From the NCBI GenBank assembly GCA_050014195.1, contig JBEKDT010000003.1, positions 96,001-160,000 of the forward strand: DNA of 64,000 nt, in the 5' to 3' direction. Both the position numbers and the translations under genes were made by a program. This document shows positions 1 through 9,790 of the stretch, one piece after another. Source of the DNA: Desulfomonilia bacterium. Lineage in GTDB: Bacteria; Desulfobacterota; Desulfomonilia; UBA1062. Each line of letters starts with the position of its first letter. Positions within the stretch are counted from its first letter, which is position 1. Under the pieces are notes generated by a model. That model was not told the origin of the DNA, searched no databases, and was given only the letters and a program-made list of their open reading frames with translations.

Positions 1-668
1 GCTATTTCTAAAAGCCCGTCTCTCAAGTCCGCAGGGATGGACCTGCCTGTGGGGATGTGCCCTTGGGGCATGGTGTAGAGCATGCGGATGCCTGACTTGT
101 GCAGTTGGTTGAGATCTTCTCTGCTCGAAATATAGGGCATGGGTTTGACAACGGCACCAAGCGATTCAAAGATCCTTACCGCACCCATATAGCCGGGGGC
201 CTCCACCGCAACCACATCACCTTTTTTCAACAGGGCAAGCCCGACCAGGAAGAGGGCTTGCTGTGATCCTGCCGTGATAATCGGGGTATGATCGATGCCC
301 AGCAGGCCCAGCCAATTCCTGGCCTGAATCCTTAAGGGCTCATAGCCCTGCGGGGGGTCGTAGGTATAGAGTCCTTCAAGGGTAATGTTCAGATGAGGGC
401 CCACCCACAACAGAAGCTCTTCAGGCGGGCGGATGGCCGACATGTCGACTATGCCCCCGGCCGATCCATAGGCCACGAAGGTGCCTGACCCCTGACGGCT
501 GACTACCAGGCCTTTTGTGGTGAGATACTGATACACGTTTCTGGCCGTCACCAGGCTTATATTTTCTTGCCCTGCCAATTCCCTTACCCCCGGCAGGCGA
601 TCTCCCGGCCTCTTTCTCTTCAGGATATCTCCGGCAAGTCTCTCGGCCACCTCTTTGTACCTCACCAT
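1..668 (-). CDS. pdxR: MocR/PdxR-family GntR regulator (wHTH + PLP aminotransferase-like domain), 3' end beyond window
   Basis: Manual translation from ATG 668: MVRYKEVAERLAGDILKRKRPGDRLPGVRELA...RQGSGTFV...YDPPQGYEPLR...ITAGSQQAL...VAVEAPGY; AAGGAGGA SD; divergent from pdxST. Confidence 0.85.
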   Translation of the reverse strand, partial: MVRYKEVAERLAGDILKRKRPGDRLPGVRELAGQENISLVTARNVYQYLTTKGLVVSRQGSGTFVAYGSAGGIVDMSAIRPPEELLLWVGPHLNITLEGLYTYDPPQGYEPLRIQARNWLGLLGIDHTPIITAGSQQALFLVGLALLKKGDVVAVEAPGYMGAVRIFESLGAVVKPMPYISSREDLNQLHKSGIRMLYTMPQGHIPTGRSIPADLRDGLLEI

Positions 669-722
669 AATCCTCCTTGACTTTGCTGCCAATTAATATA
701 ACACTAATGGTTTATAGAGTAA

Positions 723-738
723 ATTGTTATATAACAAT
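723..738. promoter_or_regulatory. Perfect 16-bp palindrome ATTGTTATATAACAAT, candidate PdxR operator
   Basis: Seen between the divergent pdxR and pdxS starts; half-site ATATAACA repeated at 696-703. Confidence 0.55.
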
Positions 739-753
739 AAGGAGAAAGAGAAC

Positions 754-1641
754 ATGGCCGGAATATCAGAACGGAATCTTGTGAACATAGGGCTTGCCCA
801 GATGCTCAAGGGCGGCGTGATCATGGACGTAACCACGGCGGATCAGGCCAGGATTGCAGAGGATGCCGGTGCCGTTGCCGTCATGGCCCTGGAAAGGGTG
901 CCTGCAGATATCCGCTCGCAAGGCGGGGTTGCACGCATGAGCGACCCGCTGATCATTAAAGGCATCAAAGAGGCCGTGAGCATCCCGGTCATGGCGAAGG
1001 TGAGGATCGGTCACATCGTCGAGGCCCAGGTGCTGGAGGCACTCGAGATTGACTACATAGACGAGAGCGAGGTATTAACCCCTGCCGATGAGGAGCACCA
1101 CATCAATAAACGGGCCTTCAGGATCCCGTTCGTGTGCGGCTGCAGGGACCTCGGCGAGGCGGCACGCAGGATCGGTGAGGGTGCGAGCATGATCAGGACC
1201 AAGGGAGAGGCAGGGACTGGAAATGTCGTGGAAGCAGTCCGCCATATGCGGACCCTCATGAAGCAGATACGCGACCTGTGCTCCATGAGTGAGGACGAGG
1301 TCTTCAGCTTTGCAAAAGGCCTTGGGGCTCCCCTTGAGGTCATCATAGAGATCAGGGCGCTCAAGACATTGCCGGTGGTGAACTTTGCGGCCGGCGGCAT
1401 CGCCACCCCGGCAGATGCGGCACTCATGATGCAGCTTGGGGCCGATGGCGTGTTTGTGGGCTCGGGCATCTTCAAATCTTCCGATCCTTCGAAAAGGGCC
1501 GTGGCAATCGTCGAAGCTGTAGCCCACTATGAAGATCCCGCATGGATCGCACGGGTTTCCGAAGGCCTCGGAGATGCAATGCCCGGACTTGATGTCAGGA
1601 CCATGCCGGATGAAGAGCGGCTTGCCAAGCGAGGCTGGTAA
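754..1641 (+). CDS. pdxS: Pyridoxal 5'-phosphate synthase lyase subunit
   Basis: [39 protein letters not shown]-terminal RGW; ATG 754 follows AAGGAG. Confidence 0.97.
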   Translation: MAGISERNLVNIGLAQMLKGGVIMDVTTADQARIAEDAGAVAVMALERVPADIRSQGGVARMSDPLIIKGIKEAVSIPVMAKVRIGHIVEAQVLEALEIDYIDESEVLTPADEEHHINKRAFRIPFVCGCRDLGEAARRIGEGASMIRTKGEAGTGNVVEAVRHMRTLMKQIRDLCSMSEDEVFSFAKGLGAPLEVIIEIRALKTLPVVNFAAGGIATPADAALMMQLGADGVFVGSGIFKSSDPSKRAVAIVEAVAHYEDPAWIARVSEGLGDAMPGLDVRTMPDEERLAKRGW

Positions 1642-2231
1642 TGATGATCGGAATCCTGGCGCTTCAGGGTAATGTCCGCGAACACAGATTAAACCTCGAA
1701 CGGCATGGTGTGCACAGCCGGTTCATCAGGAGGCCTGTTGCGCTTGACGGCATTGACGGCCTCATCCTTCCGGGTGGAGAAAGTACGGCCATGAGGAGGC
1801 TCATCGCATCTTCAGGACTCAAAGAGCCGGTTCAAGAGCTGATCCGTCAAGGCCTGCCGGTCTGGGGTACCTGCGCAGGTGTCGTCCTTCTTGCCAAGGG
1901 AGGTATATGGCAGAGCGTTGATATACAAGTGGAGCGGAATGCCTATGGCTCCCAGGTTTATAGCCGCGTGGTAAAGGGCTCCTCGATCATAACGGATCGA
2001 GAGTTCTCCATGGTATTCATCCGGGCGCCTAAGATATGCTCTGTTCCCGAAAATGTTAAGATCCTCGCAGAGCTCGATGGAGACATCGTTGCCGTACGGC
2101 AGCGCAATATCCTGCTCACTACGTTCCACCCCGAGCTTACGGAAGATAGCCCGATGACCGAATATTTCCTCAAGATGGCGAGTAATGAAAACACTCGAAA
2201 CTCTTCTTTTAAAGCAGGGACAGGGTCTTAG
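1641..2231 (+). CDS. pdxT: PLP synthase glutaminase subunit
   Basis: GILALQG, LPGGEST, GTCAG, FIRAP, FHPEL motifs; coupled to pdxS. Confidence 0.96.
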   Translation: MMIGILALQGNVREHRLNLERHGVHSRFIRRPVALDGIDGLILPGGESTAMRRLIASSGLKEPVQELIRQGLPVWGTCAGVVLLAKGGIWQSVDIQVERNAYGSQVYSRVVKGSSIITDREFSMVFIRAPKICSVPENVKILAELDGDIVAVRQRNILLTTFHPELTEDSPMTEYFLKMASNENTRNSSFKAGTGS

Positions 2232-2250
2232 GTAAGTATTTTAGTTTAAA

Positions 2251-3201
2251 TTATTCCTTGCTCTCGGTGAAAAACCGCCAGGCCTCTTCTGCCGTATCCA
2301 TCCCCCGGCTCACCCTGCCCACGATAAATAGGGGTAAATACTGCTTTCCGCCTGGTATCGTATGGCCCCCGCCATGGACCATGTACAGCCGCACCTTGGT
2401 GCCGGGCCAGGTAAGTCGGTCGATATGTGTATCGTCAGTGAGGTCGCGATCATCCATCGGCTCTATTTTGGGTTGTTTCTGGCGGTCTTCGTCTTTAAGC
2501 CAGGCACGCGCGGATTCCAGGGATGACATTACTTCCCCTTTGGAAAACACATAGAAGAGCCTTACCGTGCCTCCTTCAAAGGGGTTAATGGGGTCATCGG
2601 TCCCGTTTACGATCATCACAGGCATACCGGTATGAGGTGTTTTACACTTTGACATACCGGCTGCAGGCATGCTGGCCCCGATTGCAACAATGCCTGCAAC
2701 TTTATCCGGTGCCTCAACGGCGAGCCGGTAGCACATATGCCCGCCGTTGGAAAGGCCGATTGCATAAACCCTCTTGGGGTTTACATGCCACTTTGTGCAG
2801 CAGGTCTCGGTCAGTTTGGTGATAAACCCCACATCATCGATGTTCTGCGTGTGGGCATCATCTTTGGGTACGGTGCGGCAATCGTTCCAGTACTTTTTGT
2901 AACCATCCGGATAGGCCACGATGCACTTTTCCTTTTCGGCAAGACGATCGAACTGACCCCCGCATACATCCTCGCGCATCTTCTTGCCTGTGCCCATGGA
3001 GCCGTGCAGAACGATGATAAGGGCCGGAGAAGAGAGCTCGCCCGTTGGTATGTATGCAAGGAATGTCCGCTCAATACCTCCGTGTGAGATAGTCTCCTGT
3101 GTGATCTTACCCGGCATATCGGGCTCTGCTGCATAGAGAAGCGGGGTGAAAATGATGGCTGAGAAGAAGACAATAAAGGTAAAAAAAGGACGGATGTTCA
3201 T
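2251..3201 (-). CDS. Secreted alpha/beta hydrolase, PHB depolymerase/LpqC family esterase
   Basis: Signal peptide, VLHGS, DDVGF, GLSNGG nucleophile, GGGH. Confidence 0.85.
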   Translation of the reverse strand: MNIRPFFTFIVFFSAIIFTPLLYAAEPDMPGKITQETISHGGIERTFLAYIPTGELSSPALIIVLHGSMGTGKKMREDVCGGQFDRLAEKEKCIVAYPDGYKKYWNDCRTVPKDDAHTQNIDDVGFITKLTETCCTKWHVNPKRVYAIGLSNGGHMCYRLAVEAPDKVAGIVAIGASMPAAGMSKCKTPHTGMPVMIVNGTDDPINPFEGGTVRLFYVFSKGEVMSSLESARAWLKDEDRQKQPKIEPMDDRDLTDDTHIDRLTWPGTKVRLYMVHGGGHTIPGGKQYLPLFIVGRVSRGMDTAEEAWRFFTESKE

Positions 3202-3346
3202 GTGGTCTCCCTAAAATTTGGTTCATTATAATATAAAAAGGTATTTGTTGCGAGATGTTCATCCATTTGAATTTTCCATGTCCTATCTTACATTACCACA
3301 ATCATGCCTGTTGACATAGAAGCCCGGCTATTTCAATACATAGTAT

Positions 3347-3637
3347 ATGAATTCTTTAGTTGTGGGATGCACCTTTTGCGGGAAACGGCATGTCATAAAT
3401 ATTGAAGACCTGGATATCTGGTTTGCTCAATGCGACTGCGGGGCCAACGGGTTCGTTCAGGATGAGGCAGAGCTTGTAGAGAGTGGACACAAGGGTATCG
3501 GCTTCACCGTGCATGAGGTTCCCAACGTGCTCGGAACATTCGTACACCTCGCAGACCCTGTTCCGATCTTTGTGAACGAAAGGGCCTGCTGGGTGTATGT
3601 TTGCTGGTATAAAAAAGATGAGAGACATTATGTGTAA
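3347..3637 (+). CDS. Small hypothetical protein, possible Zn ribbon
   Basis: 96-aa ORF with CTFC and CDC; TTGACA upstream; fills the gap ahead of the nitronate monooxygenase gene. Confidence 0.55.
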   Translation: MNSLVVGCTFCGKRHVINIEDLDIWFAQCDCGANGFVQDEAELVESGHKGIGFTVHEVPNVLGTFVHLADPVPIFVNERACWVYVCWYKKDERHYV

Positions 3638-3659
3638 TTAGTTTTTATGGAGGGGTTTT

Positions 3660-4814
3660 ATGGCAAGAAGAATTCTTAAGACCAAACTGTGCGACATGCT
3701 CGGGATCGAGTATCCCATTGTGTGTGCGGGCATGGGTCCGGTGCTTATCGGAGAGCAGGCAGGCTCACCTGTGGAACTCGTGGTTGCGGTTTCTGAAGCC
3801 GGCGGACTCGGTGTGCTGGGCGGAAGCGGCTTCACCGTGGATGAAATGCGGCAGGCCATCCGCGATATCAGGGCACGTACAAACAGACCCTTTGGGGTTG
3901 ACCTTCTGCTGCCCAAAACCGTGGTTGAAGGTAAGAGCATTGATTATGGCGACATCAAGGAGATACCGCTGAATGCAGTACTGAAAACCCTGCCCAAACC
4001 TCATCAGGATTGGATCAACAAGGTAAGGCAGGAGCTCGGGCTGCCCGGTCAAGATATCATGGTGAGACTCAACACCACTACCATGAGACCCTTTGAAGCC
4101 GTGAAGGTGTGTATCGAGGAGAAGATACCTCTTTTCTGTGCGGGGCTGGGTAACCCGGGTTTCATGGTGGATGAGGCACATGCGAATGGCATCAAGGTGC
4201 TTGCAATCACGGGCAACGTGAAGAACGCTCACCGAATGGCGGACTCCGGAATTGACCTGCTCGTGGCTCAGGGTTTCGAAGGAGGCGGACATACCGGCAG
4301 AGTCGGAACCATGGCTCTGCTTCCGGGAGTGCTGGATGCTGTAGGTAATGTCCCGGTGCTCGCTGCCGGCGGCATTGGCGACGGTCGGGGGCTTGCTGCC
4401 GCCCTTGCCATGGGGTGTGTGGGTGTCTGGGTAGGGACCCGGTTCCTGGCAACGCATGAAGCAGGAGCCCTGGATGTGAACAAGCACCGCATCCTGTCCT
4501 CAACTGAGGAGGACACCAGGGTAAGCACTGCTATCACGGGCAAGACCTCTCGTACGAGCTACAGTAAATTCCATGATTTGTGGAATTCATCGGGTCTTGA
4601 ACCGCTTCCATTCCCCATGCAGGTGCTGGTTTCTTCCGCCCTGTTCGCGGACTTCATTAAGGTCCATATGGACGACTATATGGGGGGCTTTGCAGGCCAG
4701 GTGTCGGGCATCATCCATGATATCAAGCCTGCCCGGCAGGTTGTGGAGGAGATGGTCGAGCAAACAGTGGACATACTTACGGGGAAACTGCCCGCAAACG
4801 TCAGAATTAAGTAA
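3660..4814 (+). CDS. Nitronate monooxygenase/FabK-like flavoprotein
   Basis: LGIEYPIVCAGM, AQGFEGGGHTG, AAGGIGDGRG, GTRFLAT. Confidence 0.9.
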   Translation: MARRILKTKLCDMLGIEYPIVCAGMGPVLIGEQAGSPVELVVAVSEAGGLGVLGGSGFTVDEMRQAIRDIRARTNRPFGVDLLLPKTVVEGKSIDYGDIKEIPLNAVLKTLPKPHQDWINKVRQELGLPGQDIMVRLNTTTMRPFEAVKVCIEEKIPLFCAGLGNPGFMVDEAHANGIKVLAITGNVKNAHRMADSGIDLLVAQGFEGGGHTGRVGTMALLPGVLDAVGNVPVLAAGGIGDGRGLAAALAMGCVGVWVGTRFLATHEAGALDVNKHRILSSTEEDTRVSTAITGKTSRTSYSKFHDLWNSSGLEPLPFPMQVLVSSALFADFIKVHMDDYMGGFAGQVSGIIHDIKPARQVVEEMVEQTVDILTGKLPANVRIK

Positions 4815-4825
4815 TTACCTGAGGA

Positions 4826-6205
4826 TCATGACTTCACGCCGGGCTTCGGCTCCGATGATGGTTGCTGGTTTGCCCCGACCGGCTGCACTGTTGGTAATGG
4901 CGAGACATTCTTTGGAGGGGTTGGCTGTTTAGATTCCTTGGTCTTTGTTCCAACGCCTGCCTCATGAACTTCGGGTTTCGGCTTCGGAAGATTCTGCATG
5001 GCCACATAGGCGTCTGTGTAGTGGTTCCCCGGGCTCCACAGCAGCCATCCCTTCCCACCGGCATCATTGGCCGCCTTGATCTGGGTCTGGATGTATTTCG
5101 GGCCGAACCCTCTTGTCACCCTGAGAGGAAATGACTGGAGCCACGGTCTGATGACCACCTCTTCTCCTACAAGCTCCTTCATCCTTTTTATACCGCTGAA
5201 TACAAAACGGTAAGGGTCATCAGCAGGGTTCTTCACCCCTGCGAACCCGGCGCTGAAATGTGAGGGGTAGAGCATGGGCGAGATGATATCCACATAGGAC
5301 TTTATCTTGGTCACGTCCTGACCTACCACGAGCACATCTTCGTCCTTCTGCCAGATCACGATCCCGAACATGTCCATGGATAAAAGTATGCCTCTGGGCG
5401 CAGTAATTTCATGCACCCTCTTGAGCAATCCGGCGATGACATCGGTCCGCTGGATGCCTTGCTTGCCCGTTGAGGTCTTGCCGTCCGCAAAATACCGGAC
5501 ATAATCGAGCTGGATCTCATCCAGACCGTTATCTGCGAGTTCTCTCACCACGGTAAGGATATATTCCTGTACCTCCGGGTTTTCGGGATTCAGCCATTGC
5601 TTTTCTCTATTGATGCACCATTCCGGTTTGGCCCGCGACATGATCGGGTCCCTGAAGACCACTACCCGGGCCGCCACATGGATACCCATTCGATGCAGGT
5701 ATTCGATCATCTTCGGGAGCTCTTCTATATTCGGGGTATACTTCTCGTTAGGACAGTATTTCGCCCGTATGGCGCTGGGAAACGTTATGGCGCCCGAATC
5801 ATCTTTGGCGTCAAATACGAGGGTATTCCCATTAAATTTTCTGAGCCTGGTGGCAGAATCGAGGATAAACCGTGTACCTGCCGAGGACGGATTCATATAA
5901 AGACCCCTGGCCGTAAAATCCTTCGGCTTCGTTATGGTCTTAGCCTTGAGAGGCTCTTTATAGACAACCGGTATGCTCAAGGATTGCCCGAGTGAGAGGG
6001 CGCCGTTGATCTTATTGATATCCTTGATGTTGGTTATGAGCTCCCTCTTCGTATAGGCAGCGGTATACGGCATGTACCTGGCTGCAATCTTAGAGAGAGT
6101 ATCTCCGCTTTGGACCGTATAGGTGTGTTGGACAGGTCCGTTCGCACCCATGAGAAAGATTGAACATAAGACGATGGCAATGAGCTTAATCTTCATGCTG
6201 CACAT
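4826..6205 (-). CDS. LysM domain + putative glycoside hydrolase (DUF4015-like), secreted; start may be ATG 6196
   Basis: Signal peptide, YTVQSGDTLSKIA LysM, DEIQLDYVRY, SPMLYPSH, RPWLQ. Confidence 0.8.
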   Translation of the reverse strand: MCSMKIKLIAIVLCSIFLMGANGPVQHTYTVQSGDTLSKIAARYMPYTAAYTKRELITNIKDINKINGALSLGQSLSIPVVYKEPLKAKTITKPKDFTARGLYMNPSSAGTRFILDSATRLRKFNGNTLVFDAKDDSGAITFPSAIRAKYCPNEKYTPNIEELPKMIEYLHRMGIHVAARVVVFRDPIMSRAKPEWCINREKQWLNPENPEVQEYILTVVRELADNGLDEIQLDYVRYFADGKTSTGKQGIQRTDVIAGLLKRVHEITAPRGILLSMDMFGIVIWQKDEDVLVVGQDVTKIKSYVDIISPMLYPSHFSAGFAGVKNPADDPYRFVFSGIKRMKELVGEEVVIRPWLQSFPLRVTRGFGPKYIQTQIKAANDAGGKGWLLWSPGNHYTDAYVAMQNLPKPKPEVHEAGVGTKTKESKQPTPPKNVSPLPTVQPVGANQQPSSEPKPGVKS

Positions 6206-6330
6206 CTTAATATATTTCGGAGCTATTACTCAATTACATAACCGGTCATTTTCTTTTTTTTAAGCGTTCAAGGCTGTAGGGAAAATGGTATTTAAGGAAA
6301 AGGCTTGAGGGGTACTTTCCAAAGGGCAAT

Positions 6331-6372
6331 AAGATCCAAGCCCTTAACTCCGAATTGAAGGACTTGGGCTTT
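6331..6372 (-). terminator. Probable terminator after greA
   Basis: Imperfect hairpin CCAAG-CCCTT...AAGG-ACTTGG immediately downstream of the greA stop. Confidence 0.4.
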
Positions 6373-6373
6373 C

Positions 6374-6847
6374 CTAAACCCTGACGATCTCGATGATCTC
6401 GTATTCACGCCTGCCGTTGGGGGTGTCGACGATTATCTCATCCGAGGTCCTCTTGCCGATAAGGGCCTTGGCCATGGGTGACTCCACCGAGATCTTGCCC
6501 TTGTTGATGTCGGACTCGTCCACGCCCACGATCTGGTAACTGATCTCCTCATCAGTATTGACATTACACAGGATGAACTTGGACCCGAAGACAATACGGT
6601 CTGCAGGAAGCTTGTTGGTGTCTATAATCTCCGCGTTGCCGAGCTTATTCTCCAGGTCCTGCATGCGTGCCTCGATGAATGCCTGCCGCTCCTTGGCATA
6701 GATGTATTCGGCATTCTCCGAGAGATCTCCGTGTCCCCTGGCCTCTTCGATGGCGGCAATAATCTTCGGCCGTTCGTGCTTCTTTAACCTCTCAAGCTCC
6801 TCCCTGAGTGCGGCATAACCTTCTTTCGTAATGGGACTTCGCTTCAT
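6374..6847 (-). CDS. greA: Transcription elongation factor GreA
   Basis: EARGHGDLSENAEY, ISVESPMAKALIGK. Confidence 0.97.
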   Translation of the reverse strand: MKRSPITKEGYAALREELERLKKHERPKIIAAIEEARGHGDLSENAEYIYAKERQAFIEARMQDLENKLGNAEIIDTNKLPADRIVFGSKFILCNVNTDEEISYQIVGVDESDINKGKISVESPMAKALIGKRTSDEIIVDTPNGRREYEIIEIVRV

Positions 6848-6868
6848 GGCAGTTCCTTCTCTAAAATG

Positions 6869-6901
6869 AAAAAAGATACCGGTAGTGAAACTACCAGTAT
6901 C
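6869..6901 (-). terminator. Intrinsic terminator-like hairpin in the greA 5' leader
   Basis: Minus strand GATACTGGTAG-TTTCA-CTACCGGTATC-TTTTTT (11-bp stem, one G-U pair, U6). Confidence 0.65.
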
Positions 6902-6912
6902 ATTGAGGCTTC

Positions 6913-6940
6913 ATTATGCCCAAAGGGGTTACGATGTCAA
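6913..6940 (-). promoter_or_regulatory. sigma70-type promoter for greA
   Basis: TTGACA (6940-6935), 16-nt spacer, CATAAT (6918-6913). Confidence 0.55.
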
Positions 6941-7096
6941 GTGGGCAATACGTAATGTGAACAGCGAGAAAGAGTAATACTATGAAAGGGTGTACCCTTG
7001 CATTTTTTTATGTTATGGACTTCCCCATTGACTTGATCCAGGGCTTCCCAGTATAGAGAGTCTCTATTTTACATAGTACAAAGTGGAGGAAATAGT

Positions 7097-7738
7097 ATGG
7101 CGGCAAAACAGAAGCTCACCCTTGAAGTCAGCGAGCGATCACTCAGAAAGAAGAAGGTCGACAAGCTTCGTAGACAGGGCGTCATACCCGGCATCATTCA
7201 CGGGAAAGATTTCGAGCCGGTTCATGTCCAGGTTGATGAGCGGACATTCGAGCAGCTCTATAGAAAGTCCCACGGGACAACCCTGGTGAACCTGAAACTC
7301 GACGGCAAGACTATTCAGGTGCTCATCCATATGGTTCATAGGGATAAACTCAAGGGTGGGGCCATTCATGTTGAATTCTTGAAGATAGACCCCAAGCGGC
7401 AAGTCACGGTGGATGTCCCGCTGGTATTTATCGGTATGTCGCCGGGGGAGAAGGAAGGCAAGGGCAAGGTTGCACACGAGGAGACATCCATCCACCTCAA
7501 GTGCTCACCCGCCGATATCCCTTCCGAGATCGAGGTGGATATCTCCGGTATCCTGGACAAGCATAATATCATCCATGCATCAGACCTGAAGCTTCCCGAA
7601 GGCGTGCATCTTGCCCACGGTGTGAGCGAGAAAAAGGTCATTGCAATGCTTGTCACCACCCGTATTGCAGAGGTCGCCCCGGTAACGGTAGAAGAGGCGG
7701 CTGCAGGTGCCGAAGAGGAGAAACCGGCCGAGGACTGA
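7097..7738 (+). CDS. rplY: 50S ribosomal protein L25 (Ctc type)
   Basis: LRRQGVIPGIIHG, HVEFL, IPSEIEVDIS; acidic tail. Confidence 0.93.
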   Translation: MAAKQKLTLEVSERSLRKKKVDKLRRQGVIPGIIHGKDFEPVHVQVDERTFEQLYRKSHGTTLVNLKLDGKTIQVLIHMVHRDKLKGGAIHVEFLKIDPKRQVTVDVPLVFIGMSPGEKEGKGKVAHEETSIHLKCSPADIPSEIEVDISGILDKHNIIHASDLKLPEGVHLAHGVSEKKVIAMLVTTRIAEVAPVTVEEAAAGAEEEKPAED

Positions 7739-7739
7739 T

Positions 7740-9182
7740 TTAACCCTTGACCATGGCAAAGGGTTTGAGACGGGCTACCGCTTTGGCGATGCCGGCCCCG
7801 GTCATCGTGTCAACTACATCTGAGACATCCTTGTAGGCTTCAGGGATCTCTTCGGCAAGGGTTGCGCGTGAAGCAGCCATGGCGTGAATGTCCTTCCTAC
7901 GCAGTTCTTCAAGGATCTGTCTTCCCTTTGATCGCTTCTTCGCCTCATGCCGGGAAAGCAGTCTTCCCGCGCCGTGGCATGCACTGTAAAAGGTCTCTGA
8001 TGCGCCCTGCGCACCCACCATGATGAATGACGCTCTGCCCATATCGCCGGGTACCAGCACAGGCTGTCCGCATTTTCTGAACCTATGGGGCAGCCTCTTG
8101 TCGCCGGGCGGCAATGCGCGGGTGGCACCTTTGCGGTGGATGCATACCTCCGTTTCCGAGCCTTCCCACATGACTCGCTCCATCTTGGCAATGTTATGGC
8201 AGCAGTCATACAACAGCCGCATGCCAAGCCGTTCAAAGGAACCCCCGAAGACATGTTCAAAGGTCTCCCGAATGAGAAAAACGATGAGTTCCCGGTTGGC
8301 AAAGGCGAAGTTTGCAGCAGAGGCCATTGCCGTAAAATACTCCATCCCTTCTTTGCTCATAACAGGTGCGCATGCGAGCTGCCTGTCGGGCAGGCTGATG
8401 TGGTGGCGCGAGGCCGCAGCCAACATCTCATGCACGTAATCGTCACACACCTGGTGACCGAGACCGCGGGAGCCGGTGTGCACCTGAACCACAACCTGGC
8501 CTTCGGAAATCCCGAAATGATTGGCCGTCTTGCTCTCCAGGACCTTGTCTACCACATCGAGCTCAAGGAAGTGGTTACCCGAGCCCAAGGTTCCGAGCTG
8601 GGGCTGGCCGCGCTCAATGGCCTTTTTTGAGACCGCATCCGGGTCGGCCCCTTCGATGCAACCACCGTCTTCATGGGCATCAAGATCGTCATGAGGTGCA
8701 TAGCCCTTCCTCACGGCCCAGCGTGCACCATTTTCAAGCACACTGCTGAATTCCTTGTTTCCGACGGCAAGATCCTTGTTGCTTGACCCTACCCCCGATG
8801 GCACGTTGTTGAACAGCGATGTGAGGAGCTTGTCCAGAGAAGGCTTCACCTCGTCGAGTTTAAGGCCGGTCAGTATGCAGCAGACCCCGCAGTTTATGTC
8901 ATAGCCCACGCCGCCCGGAGAGATGATGCCGTCTTTCTTTGAGAATGCAGCCACGCCCCCTATGGGGAATCCATAGCCCCAGTGGATGTCCGGCATGGCA
9001 AGCGAGGGCCCGATAATACCGGGCAGCGTGGCTACATTGGCTACCTGCTGAAGCACATTGTCGTGTTCAAGGGTCCGCTCAATGGCATGGTTGGCATAGA
9101 TGAGGCCGGTGGTCCGCATGGGAGGGGCCTTTTCAATCTCGATGCGAAAGGGATCAATGCGTCTTATTTTAAGGGCGATCAT
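7740..9182 (-). CDS. rtcB: RNA 3'-phosphate/5'-OH ligase RtcB (long, archaeal-like type)
   Basis: MPDIHWGYGFPIGG, VGYDINCG, GTLGSGNHF, HTGSRG, HRKGAT, HGAGR. Confidence 0.96.
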   Translation of the reverse strand: MIALKIRRIDPFRIEIEKAPPMRTTGLIYANHAIERTLEHDNVLQQVANVATLPGIIGPSLAMPDIHWGYGFPIGGVAAFSKKDGIISPGGVGYDINCGVCCILTGLKLDEVKPSLDKLLTSLFNNVPSGVGSSNKDLAVGNKEFSSVLENGARWAVRKGYAPHDDLDAHEDGGCIEGADPDAVSKKAIERGQPQLGTLGSGNHFLELDVVDKVLESKTANHFGISEGQVVVQVHTGSRGLGHQVCDDYVHEMLAAASRHHISLPDRQLACAPVMSKEGMEYFTAMASAANFAFANRELIVFLIRETFEHVFGGSFERLGMRLLYDCCHNIAKMERVMWEGSETEVCIHRKGATRALPPGDKRLPHRFRKCGQPVLVPGDMGRASFIMVGAQGASETFYSACHGAGRLLSRHEAKKRSKGRQILEELRRKDIHAMAASRATLAEEIPEAYKDVSDVVDTMTGAGIAKAVARLKPFAMVKG

Positions 9183-9196
9183 GGCTTAATCTTTCT

Positions 9197-9598
9197 TTAC
9201 ATATCGAGAATAATGGTTGCCACAAAGGCGTTGTCAATATGTGCGATATCGAGGTTGTGGTAGGTGACGGCCTTGATTTCGGTTGTCAGCGGCTTACCGG
9301 TATACGCACCTCGAACGACACCTCGTGCCTCTGTATCAGTCAGCCCCCGGATGGCTGCGACTTTAAGCCGTAAGCCTTTTACCTCGATGAGATAGAGGAT
9401 TTCCTGGAGCCACCTCACAAGCAGGTCCACCTGGTCAATACCCTGCGTCTCGATTATGATTTCCTCTTTCCCTTCATCACTTCGACCGCCAAGGATGTCC
9501 GCAAGGGCATGAGCAGCCTCTTCAAACAGGCCTTCAACGCTTTTGGCGTTTACTCTCATCCCGATGTCGGCAGTATGGTCTATGAGGGTGTACGGCAT
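9197..9598 (-). CDS. Archease
   Basis: DHTADIG N-terminus, EIKAVTYH, C-terminal LDM; directly upstream of rtcB. Confidence 0.93.
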   Translation of the reverse strand: MPYTLIDHTADIGMRVNAKSVEGLFEEAAHALADILGGRSDEGKEEIIIETQGIDQVDLLVRWLQEILYLIEVKGLRLKVAAIRGLTDTEARGVVRGAYTGKPLTTEIKAVTYHNLDIAHIDNAFVATIILDM

Positions 9599-9790
9599 GA
9601 TGACCTTCTCCTCTTTAAGGAGACATCCTTTGTACTCCAATGGCTCAAGATTGTCATGAGGGGATCTTTTTACGAGTCACTGCAGCTCCTGTATAGGAAA
9701 GGACTTAAGATTATTACGGGCAGCTCAAGCAGGCATCCTTTCCATATCTCTGTATGGTGATTGTGCAAGGAGAACAGTCGCGGCCCTCGC

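Noticed and set aside
9599-9790. tRNA or Y RNA between rdgB and archease
   Set aside because: No cloverleaf, T-loop (GTTCRA) or CCA end is recognisable on either strand.
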